Positions 25,864-33,060 of a DNA stretch of 33,060 nucleotides are shown piece after piece (position 1 is the first letter of the stretch; each line of letters begins with the position of its first letter). The stretch lies in the IMG/VR virus record IMGVR_UViG_3300044723_000231, positions 1 through 33,060 of that record; one strand, 5' to 3'. The notes below the pieces were generated by a model. It saw nothing but the letters and a program-made list of their open reading frames with translations. It ran no database searches and had not been told where the DNA came from. Origin of the DNA: a virus. Taxonomy: Duplodnaviria; Caudoviricetes. The position numbers were made by a program, and so were the translations under genes.

Positions 25864-26328
25864 TTAGTCAACGACATACTTGATTGTCAGTTCAATGGTG
25901 CCTGTGCCAGAAGCACCGCCCATTGTTACTGTTACAGGTAAGCCGTTTTCGTCAGCGTCAACCTCTGTGCCTGAACCCAGTGCCAAAGTAGCCAAAACGT
26001 CTACTTTTTGCGCTGATGTTGAAGCGGCTGCTGCTTTGTATGCGTCAGCATCTAAAGCAACGGTAGAACCGCTGCTGTCGGTGTGTGCCGCATAGCCTAC
26101 AGACAGAGTTGTTGATGCACCAAGTGCGTCATGTGCCAACGAACCTTCCAGCAAACGTGCGCCGCTAGGGATGTTAAACATCTCAATAACGTCACCTGAT
26201 GCCAGTGAAGATGCATCGTATACACCGTGTGCTACACGGATACGACCACCTTGTTCGTTAGTCTTGACCATTTCAGAAGGAACATTCTGATTCCACTTGG
26301 TCTTTTGTACAGAATATACAGTAGCCAT
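25864..26328 (-). CDS. Capsid-associated (decoration/cement) protein
   Basis: Directly after the MCP; AAGGAGG SD; beta-rich. Confidence 0.7.
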   Translation of the reverse strand: MATVYSVQKTKWNQNVPSEMVKTNEQGGRIRVAHGVYDASSLASGDVIEMFNIPSGARLLEGSLAHDALGASTTLSVGYAAHTDSSGSTVALDADAYKAAAASTSAQKVDVLATLALGSGTEVDADENGLPVTVTMGGASGTGTIELTIKYVVD

Positions 26329-26341
26329 GTGTCAGTCCTCC

Positions 26342-27205
26342 TTAAGCCGATTCGTCACAGTCAATCTGGACAACTTTTTCTTCTTCCATGCGAGTGGAAC
26401 CGATTGACATGCAATAGTACACCTGAGTCGCGTAGCCTTTGTCGCTACGTTCGTCAATTCGTGCCATTACGTCACGGCCCACTGCCAATGCAAGACCATC
26501 CTCTGCCCATGCAAAGCATGAACGGATGTTGCCAGTTTTTGACAGACGGTTAGAAACGATGAAGTTAAAGCCCATGAACTGATTTACTTCACCCTGAACA
26601 AGTGCCTTCACAGTGTTGAAGTCGCTTGAAGTGACGTTTGTGTCAGCCAAGAGTGCTTCAATCTGGTCAGGGCCACATGCGATGTAGCGTGGGATAGATG
26701 GGTCAACATCTGCCAAGTCGAGAATCTTCTTGGCTTCACGCAACTTTGCAAGTGACATGTCAGCACCGCCGTTAGCAATCTGCTGTCCAGCAGGAAGCGT
26801 AGTAGCGGTTGAACCAGTCTCACCAGTGTATGCTGTGCCGAGTGCTGAAGCGATGATTTCATCGTCCATTGCACGGCCCATAGCTGCGGCAGCAGCTTGT
26901 GCATATGCTGATGTTGGGTCGATAAGCATGCGTACTTTGTCCTGGTCATCAATCAGGTCTGCATACTCATAGTCAACGAGTGATACACGGCGGCGTGCGT
27001 GTGGTGTATCAATCTGTGGTGTGTCGGCATGGCGAGTTGTACGCTTCTGCGCAGTTGCCTTACCAACCTGGTCAAAGAAAGCATTTTTGCCAGTCATATT
27101 CTCTACGCGCACCGCATCACGCAGACGGGAACCCATCTGCTGCGATAGCATCTGCACGTTCGCAGAATACTGCTGGACAAATGCCGTGGTTACTTCTGTG
27201 GACAT
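26342..27205 (-). CDS. Major capsid protein
   Basis: AFVQQYSANVQMLSQQMGSRL...AMGRAMD...GEVNQFMGFNFI; AAGGAGG SD; follows the scaffold. Confidence 0.9.
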   Translation of the reverse strand: MSTEVTTAFVQQYSANVQMLSQQMGSRLRDAVRVENMTGKNAFFDQVGKATAQKRTTRHADTPQIDTPHARRRVSLVDYEYADLIDDQDKVRMLIDPTSAYAQAAAAAMGRAMDDEIIASALGTAYTGETGSTATTLPAGQQIANGGADMSLAKLREAKKILDLADVDPSIPRYIACGPDQIEALLADTNVTSSDFNTVKALVQGEVNQFMGFNFIVSNRLSKTGNIRSCFAWAEDGLALAVGRDVMARIDERSDKGYATQVYYCMSIGSTRMEEEKVVQIDCDESA

Positions 27206-27217
27206 AGCGTCCTCCTT

Positions 27218-27463
27218 TTACACGGTTACATTTGAACTTTTCGGTGCGCTACCCTTTCGGACACTCCTGGTCTTTTCAGCCGACTTATGGCCCCCATCTT
27301 TCTGGTCGTCAGCAGGACGAGTTGCCTCGCTACCCCGCATTACCCACTCATAGTATTGGTCTGCGAGTAGGTGTGGATTGAGTACGTCACGCTGGCTACC
27401 GAACTCGACAGCTAATCGTAGGCACTCAAGCCGAATATCTGTGACGGAAAGTTCATTATCCAT
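27218..27463 (-). CDS. Small protein between scaffold and capsid (IRLECLRLAVE motif)
   Basis: 8-nt overlap with the scaffold stop; its 3' half carries RNA hairpins. Confidence 0.6.
   Translation of the reverse strand: MDNELSVTDIRLECLRLAVEFGSQRDVLNPHLLADQYYEWVMRGSEATRPADDQKDGGHKSAEKTRSVRKGSAPKSSNVTV
27243..27338 (-). promoter_or_regulatory. Twin GUA-bulged GNRA hairpins upstream of the capsid RBS
   Basis: GCGGG-GUA-GCGAG-GCAA-CUCGU-CCUGC (27338-27312) and GUGUCC-GAAA-GG-GUA-GCGC (within 27267-27243). Confidence 0.55.
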
Positions 27464-28301
27464 GTAACTGTTCCATCAAATGTTGCATCCGTTCTACAGC
27501 CTTATGTCTCGCAATCGGGTTTTTTCTATCCCAATAAGCATGAGACTTATCATTCATAATGGCATCAATCTCAGCTTGTGCTGTGGCTGGTGTCATTACA
27601 CTTGACTGTGACATTTCTGCAACAGTGTCTTCACTGGTGACAGATTGCCTGAAATCAGCAATTTTTGCAAATGCTTTAATAAACTCAGCGTTATCGCCCA
27701 GCTTTGAACCATCTGCTAAAGTGATGTTAAACATCTCAGGGTCTGCAAATTCTTGCGCTACCTTTGCAGCCGCCTCAACCTTTTGGTCAAACGCACGGCC
27801 CCACTCACCACGCAATGATTCTACAGTCTGTTCCTTTGCAGCTTCTGCCAATTCAAGAGACTGTGCGCCAGACTGTTCAATGCTACTCTTGTAGTAATCA
27901 AGAATACCCTTGGCTTGGTCTGGTGAAAGGCGCAGTTTATGTGCAATATCTGCGTAATCTGTGGCAACTTCCTCAGTAATCACGTTGCCATCGACTTCAA
28001 TGCCGTACCCCTTTGGGTCTTCTGGTCTGCCTAGACGGTCATAGATACGGTCTAGGTCTTCGTCTGTTGGGTTGACTGGCACTGCAATCTTGTCTGCGCC
28101 AATCAATCTTTGCGCGTTCACATAAGAACGGGCTAGGTTTTCCACATCCTTAATAGGTGAAATGCTAGGATGTTCGCGTAGTTCCTCTGGTATCATGTTT
28201 AGAAACTCGTTACCAGACCCGCCTGATGCTACCTCAGATGGTGTCTCCATCATTGGTGTTGCCTCTGGCTGGGCTACCTGTTCGATTGCTTCTTCTGACA
28301 T
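27456..28301 (-). CDS. Capsid scaffolding protein
   Basis: Acidic, helical; LARSYVNAQRLIG...YDRLGRPE...EWG; between portal and MCP. Confidence 0.85.
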   Translation of the reverse strand: MSEEAIEQVAQPEATPMMETPSEVASGGSGNEFLNMIPEELREHPSISPIKDVENLARSYVNAQRLIGADKIAVPVNPTDEDLDRIYDRLGRPEDPKGYGIEVDGNVITEEVATDYADIAHKLRLSPDQAKGILDYYKSSIEQSGAQSLELAEAAKEQTVESLRGEWGRAFDQKVEAAAKVAQEFADPEMFNITLADGSKLGDNAEFIKAFAKIADFRQSVTSEDTVAEMSQSSVMTPATAQAEIDAIMNDKSHAYWDRKNPIARHKAVERMQHLMEQLHG

Positions 28302-28505
28302 TTATTCCTCTTTCATCATGTTGTGGATATGAAGGATAACAGCACGTTTCCCTTCCTCAAATGCTGTGGCGTTTGCATCGCCAGCAACATAGCTTGTGGC
28401 ACGATAGTTACAACGTGCCTCTAGGTCAGCTAATACTTTAGCTGAACTATCTGTGTTAAATGTTTGTCTGTAAAGGTCTTTTAGCTTCTCAATCTCAGGT
28501 GTCAC
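28302..28505 (-). CDS. Conserved small protein downstream of the portal (Bbp19-like)
   Basis: YRQTF...VLADL...TAFEEGKRAVIL. Confidence 0.8.
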   Translation of the reverse strand: MTPEIEKLKDLYRQTFNTDSSAKVLADLEARCNYRATSYVAGDANATAFEEGKRAVILHIHNMMKEE

Positions 28506-30091
28506 TTACTAACCATCCTAGACGCTTGCGCTATCTGGGCTACATTCTGGACATCTTGCTGGTCTTGCATCATCTCCATCTGTGCCTGTTGTTGCGCTGC
28601 ACGTTCCTCTCTAACCTGTTGAACCTCACGTTCCGACTTCAGTGCTGTCTTTGGAACGCCTAGTGCATCGGTTACATGCTTCACTAACCCGTCTGCATCA
28701 ATGTGGTCGCCTACTGGAATTGCCTGTGACAGTGGCATCAATATCTCAAGTGCCTTCATCGTACTGTTCAGGCTGCTTGATTTCTGCGCACGGGCCAAAG
28801 GTGATACATATTCAATATCCACATCACGCCCCTGTAGGATTTCTGGTGGTTGTGCCAGCATATCGCTACGCAGCATCAATGCAAACACACGGTCAATCAG
28901 AGGCCGTAGCATTTCATTCATCAATCTACCCAGCACGGGGCCGATGACTCTCATACGTTCTTCCTGCCTTTGCACAACCTCAGTAGCTGTCATATTTGGT
29001 GACTGCCCACTAAGAAGCTGGTCAACATAGAACGCTGAACGGATAGCTGCACGGCGTTGTTCTTCCATATTCAGGCCAATAGGAATGTTTGCGCCTGTGT
29101 TCAAAGGCGTAATCATGTCCCTTGTACCGCTTCTAAAGAAGTTCAATCCCCCAGGCTGCGTACGGATGGGCAAGAGGAAACCATCGTCAGGAACAAGTAA
29201 GGGAGGGTCTATTTGTTTCTGCGCAGCTTGAATGATTGTTTTAGACATAAGATTCAACATCTTAACGTCAGGCAACGCAACCATTGCTGGGGAACGCCCC
29301 ATTGTCTCACCAGTCGCCTTCAAAAATCGTGGGACAATGTACGGGAACTCTTGGAACCCACTTTCAGAAAGCAGTCCCTTGGTTTGCATATCAACATAGA
29401 ACGATGCGTATGGCATGTTCTTGTTGTCTCGCTTGTTAGGGTCACGGTTAATACGCGGAACCACAGCGTGTAGGATTTCTATTTCTTCATCCGGCTTGTT
29501 CTTAAATATCTTCTGAATGTAGTCAGTGACATTGTCAATGCCGAACCGCTGGATTGCTTGACGCGCTGGAATCTTATAAGTGCGGAAGACTGTATCAACG
29601 ATACCAAACTGGTTCTCTTGAACATAGAACTCAGAGATGTGGCGTGTGCTGAACCGCAGATTACCGTCATCAATCTCAGCAAACATACAGCCCGTGCCAA
29701 ACACAACCAGGTCTACATACATCTCGTGGACTTCAGTCTCAAAGTTTGACTGACCAAAGGCCCTCATCATGCGCTGGCTACTATCTTGCAACCACTCACG
29801 TACATCATCATCGCGGCCTACATTCTCATCTTTCATGTCCAGCATGAACCAAGGTGTAGCACCGCTGGTCAACATGCCATGCAAACTAGCCGCTAACAAA
29901 TCAACAGCTTGTAATGCAGTACCATCAAAGATAAGTTCCATGCGCTTTTCGCCACGGCTGCGCTTACGAACAATATCCGCTTTGCGGGGTAGCATATAAT
30001 CAGCTAGTTCCTGATAATGCGTATCCCAGTTATCTCTACGGCCTTTAAGGTATTCGTACCGCTTCACTAAGCCTTTGACGAAATCGTGCAT
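28502..30091 (-). CDS. Portal (head-to-tail connector) protein
   Basis: 529 aa; GRSPAM, MTATEV-x2-R-x-EE, IEYVSPLARAQ motifs. Confidence 0.95.
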   Translation of the reverse strand: MHDFVKGLVKRYEYLKGRRDNWDTHYQELADYMLPRKADIVRKRSRGEKRMELIFDGTALQAVDLLAASLHGMLTSGATPWFMLDMKDENVGRDDDVREWLQDSSQRMMRAFGQSNFETEVHEMYVDLVVFGTGCMFAEIDDGNLRFSTRHISEFYVQENQFGIVDTVFRTYKIPARQAIQRFGIDNVTDYIQKIFKNKPDEEIEILHAVVPRINRDPNKRDNKNMPYASFYVDMQTKGLLSESGFQEFPYIVPRFLKATGETMGRSPAMVALPDVKMLNLMSKTIIQAAQKQIDPPLLVPDDGFLLPIRTQPGGLNFFRSGTRDMITPLNTGANIPIGLNMEEQRRAAIRSAFYVDQLLSGQSPNMTATEVVQRQEERMRVIGPVLGRLMNEMLRPLIDRVFALMLRSDMLAQPPEILQGRDVDIEYVSPLARAQKSSSLNSTMKALEILMPLSQAIPVGDHIDADGLVKHVTDALGVPKTALKSEREVQQVREERAAQQQAQMEMMQDQQDVQNVAQIAQASRMVSK

Positions 30092-30094
30092 GTG

Positions 30095-30316
30095 TTACCC
30101 CAATAATGTAGGTGTGCCGCCAGGTGATGTTGCGCTAGTGTCTTGTAGCGCACCAGCAACAATAGTCGCACCCGCACCCTTTTTCTTTCTAGCCTTCATT
30201 GTAGCTTCTTCAGCCAATGCAACCGCACGTTGTGTATCTTCTTCACCCGCCTGTGCTGGTGGTGGTGGAGGTGGTGGGGCTGGTGGAGTATATACTTTTG
30301 GCTTTAAGAAAGACAT
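30095..30316 (-). CDS. Small polyproline/Lys-rich virion protein upstream of the portal
   Basis: MSFLKPKV-PPAPPPPPPP...RKKKGAGATI...TLLG; T7 gp6.7/7.3-like slot. Confidence 0.8.
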   Translation of the reverse strand: MSFLKPKVYTPPAPPPPPPPAQAGEEDTQRAVALAEEATMKARKKKGAGATIVAGALQDTSATSPGGTPTLLG

Positions 30317-30654
30317 TATGCGCCACCCCCTGTTGGTGATTTTGCGCTAGGCGTTGCGTAAGTGACACCGTAGCCCTCCATCAATGTGCCAGCCGCGCCA
30401 GCACGTTTGCCTTTAGTGCGTCGTGTGCCACGACCCAACATGGTATCATCAGGCACAACTTCTGGCGTTACTTCTGGAGTAACCTCTGGCGTTTCCTCCG
30501 GCATGTCTGGTTTGCTAGGAACAAGGCCTACAGCTTTACCAGTTTCCTTTAAAACCTTCTGTGTTGGCTTTTCGATAACTTCTTCAAAAGCCTCACCCAC
30601 AGCCTTGGTTGCGCCTCTAACTATTTTTTTAGCGGGTCTATAAACAGCAGCCAT
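30316..30654 (-). CDS. Small low-complexity protein with (TPEV)n repeat
   Basis: 12-bp tandem repeats at about 30458-30505; coupled to the downstream gene. Confidence 0.75.
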   Translation of the reverse strand: MAAVYRPAKKIVRGATKAVGEAFEEVIEKPTQKVLKETGKAVGLVPSKPDMPEETPEVTPEVTPEVVPDDTMLGRGTRRTKGKRAGAAGTLMEGYGVTYATPSAKSPTGGGA

Positions 30655-30657
30655 TAA

Positions 30658-31065
30658 CTAACTCCAATCGTGAAATCCCAGCTTCTGAGTCTCAGTCCGA
30701 AGCCAGTACGCATTTGTATAACCCATATTAGATAACATACTTTTCAAGTTTCTGAAACCTATTGCTATGTTTCGCTTGCCGCCTATAGCAATGAAATCAA
30801 TTATCCAAGGCACAGTGCCACCACCATCATAACCTTCTGGCATAAACTCAAGATTGTCTGTGTACTCTACAACATGTTCATAATCAGGGAACGCCCAGGT
30901 TGCAAAGCATATTGGCATATTGCTGGCGTCCCGCAACACCATGTACTGCCCAAGCATCATTGGTGGGCGGATGTATTTCTCCACCTCCTCAACGCCCCAC
31001 CAGCCGTGGTAATCACTCCAATCAAGCAAATACTTGATAGCTTCTACATCAATAGACTTAGACAT
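30658..31065 (-). CDS. RTX toxin-activating lysine acyltransferase homologue (HlyC/CyaC/RtxC family)
   Basis: SDYHGWW matches HlyC SPLHRNW; P-x4-QY; PICFATWA matches PVAYCSWA; WIIDFIA matches WFIDWIA; downstream conserved Arg (WLR). Confidence 0.85.
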   Translation of the reverse strand: MSKSIDVEAIKYLLDWSDYHGWWGVEEVEKYIRPPMMLGQYMVLRDASNMPICFATWAFPDYEHVVEYTDNLEFMPEGYDGGGTVPWIIDFIAIGGKRNIAIGFRNLKSMLSNMGYTNAYWLRTETQKLGFHDWS

Positions 31066-31334
31066 TAAAAGCTAAGTTTGTAACCTGCGCCACCGCCCAG
31101 TGGGAATATCTCAATTACTCCGCTTTGGCCTTCTCGCAAATCAGCGGTATAACCGTTTTTTCTTAGAACGTCTTTGGCTGCTTTTGAAGACAGCTTGCCT
31201 TGCGCTAGTCCATACATAGCATCTGACATCGCCATTTCAGCAGTAAGGCTTGGCCCACTGGTTTTCTTTTTAATGCTGTCCTTAGACTTGTTTTTTGCCT
31301 TTTCTCCGGCCCTTGCCATAATTGTTTTGGACAT
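31065..31334 (-). CDS. Small Lys-rich protein (89 aa)
   Basis: AAGGAG SD; stop overlaps the acyltransferase start (TAATG). Confidence 0.75.
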   Translation of the reverse strand: MSKTIMARAGEKAKNKSKDSIKKKTSGPSLTAEMAMSDAMYGLAQGKLSSKAAKDVLRKNGYTADLREGQSGVIEIFPLGGGAGYKLSF

Positions 31335-31344
31335 TTTTATCTCC

Positions 31345-32637
31345 TTATAAGGTGAACGGGTTGTATTCCATTTGGGCTACATTTTGTGGTGGCTTAGTAT
31401 AGTTTGTTCTATTCTCTAGCCCAACAGCTAAATATCTAAATGCGTCAGCCGCGTGGCTGGTAAAGTCGTGCAGTGGATGGTCACGGAATACCTTGCGCCG
31501 TTCATCAAACTCCTGCCTGTACTGCCGCAGATACTCCAACCCCTCATGGCACTTATCCTTATCAAAGTAGCATTTAGGTATCAGCATCCGTGCCGCGTTT
31601 ATTCCGTCAGCAACTTTCATCTTAGGAACTACGCGGAACTTAATGCCAAGAGTGTAAGCAGTCTCTAACCTAGACCTACCGCTACCCAGTTCCCGTACCT
31701 CAATGTCATGCGGTGCCAGGTGGTCGCCATAAGTATAATCTTTCTGGTTAAGTACGTCAGCGTAATGGTCTAAGCCAACCCCGCTACTTTCATAATAATC
31801 AATTACATTAACAGCACCGCCACGGAATATCTGGGCAAACCAAATAGCCGTTGAATCATTAATACCCAAGTCCCAAGCTGTATGCACTGGGTACATAGGG
31901 TCGTAAGGTATCCGCGTTACCCTGCCATCTTCATCAGCAGCGGCTAACAGTTTAGCGTAATAAGCACCAATAATAGCAGCCGTAAAGGAACATTCGTATT
32001 CCTGTTCATACTGTTCTGGTGTCATCTGCGCTTGGGCAGCTTTCAGTTCCTCTGGCTTTACCAAGCCACTCTCACTAGCCTTGACCGTCTTGTGATACCA
32101 TTGGTCAGAACCATTCTCTACCTCTGACTTGGCAGTCTCTAGCAAATCATAAAAGTGATTATGCCCAGCGGGTGTACCCAAAAAGATAGCGGCCCCCTCT
32201 CTGTCGGATAGGGCGGGTCTAACAACCTCCCCCCATACCCTTGGGTTCTGCATACCAAACTCATCGAAAGCACACATATCCAAATAAATGCCACGAAGGG
32301 AGTCAGGGTTCTCTGCCGACAGCAACATCAACCTACCGCCGTTGGGAAAGTCCACCCGTAATTCTGTCTCATTGAAAGAAACACCAGGTATTACTCCGGC
32401 ATAATACTTCACATAGTCCCACGCAATACGTTTTGCCTGGGTAAAAGTAGGTGCCACGAAAGCAACTCGCGGTCTTGGTAACTCACACGTTAAGGCTTTC
32501 TTGATTAATTCATTTACCGCCCAGACAGTTTTGCCAAAGCGTCTGTGCATGACCAACACATTCCAACGCTTCAAGCTATTGTGCATCTCAGCCTGTAAGG
32601 GTCTAGGCTTGTAAGGTATCTTAACTGGTTGTGCCAC
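31345..32637 (-). CDS. terL: Terminase large subunit
   Basis: Walker A HRRFGKT, Walker B CAFDE, GTP motif III, nuclease WDLG and HAADAFRY. Confidence 0.95.
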   Translation of the reverse strand: MAQPVKIPYKPRPLQAEMHNSLKRWNVLVMHRRFGKTVWAVNELIKKALTCELPRPRVAFVAPTFTQAKRIAWDYVKYYAGVIPGVSFNETELRVDFPNGGRLMLLSAENPDSLRGIYLDMCAFDEFGMQNPRVWGEVVRPALSDREGAAIFLGTPAGHNHFYDLLETAKSEVENGSDQWYHKTVKASESGLVKPEELKAAQAQMTPEQYEQEYECSFTAAIIGAYYAKLLAAADEDGRVTRIPYDPMYPVHTAWDLGINDSTAIWFAQIFRGGAVNVIDYYESSGVGLDHYADVLNQKDYTYGDHLAPHDIEVRELGSGRSRLETAYTLGIKFRVVPKMKVADGINAARMLIPKCYFDKDKCHEGLEYLRQYRQEFDERRKVFRDHPLHDFTSHAADAFRYLAVGLENRTNYTKPPQNVAQMEYNPFTL

Positions 32638-33016
32638 CGTCAGTCTCCCACAATATTCTCACAGTACCGTCACTCACCTCTACGCCTGTACGGTTCTTGC
32701 CCTCGCCAAACTTCTCAGGCAGTACCTTGCCTACCTTCCAACGCACATGATGGGCATAATCCCTCAACACATGCGGGTTGTAATCCTTAACTCCGTGTAG
32801 CGCATCGCTATACAACGTGTCTAGTTCTTCTAACGCTTTTTCTGCGCTGTACTGCTGTGCCTCTTTCACAGCCGCTGCAAACTCCTCATCGCGCTTGCAA
32901 CGCTGGTAGAACGCAGTCCTGGATACGCCAGTGGCCTCGCAAACGTCCACAATGCTATGCCCGTCAGCTATGCTAGATAAGATAATGTCAGTGCGTTGCT
33001 TTGTTAGTTTGGTCAT
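32621..33016 (-). CDS. terS: Terminase small subunit
   Basis: N-terminal HTH (IADGHSIVDVC...VSRTAFY), RWKVGKVLPEKFG motif; directly upstream of TerL. Confidence 0.85.
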   Translation of the reverse strand: MTKLTKQRTDIILSSIADGHSIVDVCEATGVSRTAFYQRCKRDEEFAAAVKEAQQYSAEKALEELDTLYSDALHGVKDYNPHVLRDYAHHVRWKVGKVLPEKFGEGKNRTGVEVSDGTVRILWETDGGTTS

Positions 33017-33060
33017 GTAGTTCCGCCTGTGTGTTGTGAAGGACTATTTAACATATATAA

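Larger units (their letters stand above)
1..33060. mobile_element. Podovirus-type dsDNA bacteriophage genome (near complete), HTVC010P/BPP-1-like gene order
   Basis: Terminase-portal-scaffold-capsid-tail tubular A/B-internal virion-tail fibre-lysis genes are contiguous on the - strand; phage early and recombination genes on the left; no host chromosomal genes seen. Confidence 0.95.

Noticed and set aside
26330-26400. Programmed frameshift extending the capsid protein, as in T7 10A/10B
   Set aside because: No correctly phased slippery heptamer near the MCP end, and the next gene has its own strong SD.
7894-31668. Numerous + strand ORFs opposite the late genes (e.g. 23021-23464, 23795-24220, 17063-17416)
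   Set aside because: Antisense shadows of well-supported - strand genes; no SD or recognisable motifs.
1-33060. Prophage/integration module, tRNA genes or terminal repeats
   Set aside because: No integrase, att-like duplication, tRNA cloverleaf or end-to-end repeat was recognised; the true genome ends may lie outside the window.

Overview
The whole window reads as a near-complete, lytic-looking podovirus-type dsDNA phage genome of about 33 kb. Its layout recalls marine HTVC010P-like/BPP-1-like phages; a marine alphaproteobacterial host is my inference only. Layout: (i) 1-2430 (+), about ten tiny early genes sharing a near-identical 16-nt leader, ending in an XRE-HTH gene; (ii) 2430-2607, an AT-rich iteron/palindrome region with a consensus sigma70 promoter firing into it (probable origin); (iii) 2608-4051 (-), Cro-like HTH, Zn-finger, N6-adenine methyltransferase, Holliday-junction resolvase; (iv) 4188-7575 (+), exonuclease, a stand-alone RNAP alpha-CTD homologue, Sak/Rad52-like annealase, SSB and a DnaA domain-IV protein; (v) 7576-33016 (-), the late region: TerS, TerL, portal, scaffold, major capsid, tail adaptor/nozzle, ejection proteins, several tail fibres, holins, an M15 endolysin and very basic peptides. 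I recognise no DNA polymerase, primase, helicase, RNA polymerase, integrase or spanin. The most striking element is an RTX-toxin-activating lysine acyltransferase (HlyC/CyaC family, catalytic residues intact) between TerL and the portal, next to Lys-rich small proteins, with no RTX toxin in the window. This suggests a phage protein-lipidation system. Other signals: isolated host-housekeeping domains, no GATC found by eye, a duplicated bulged RNA motif before the capsid gene, and structured RNA leaders. All assignments come from motif recognition by eye; no searches were run.
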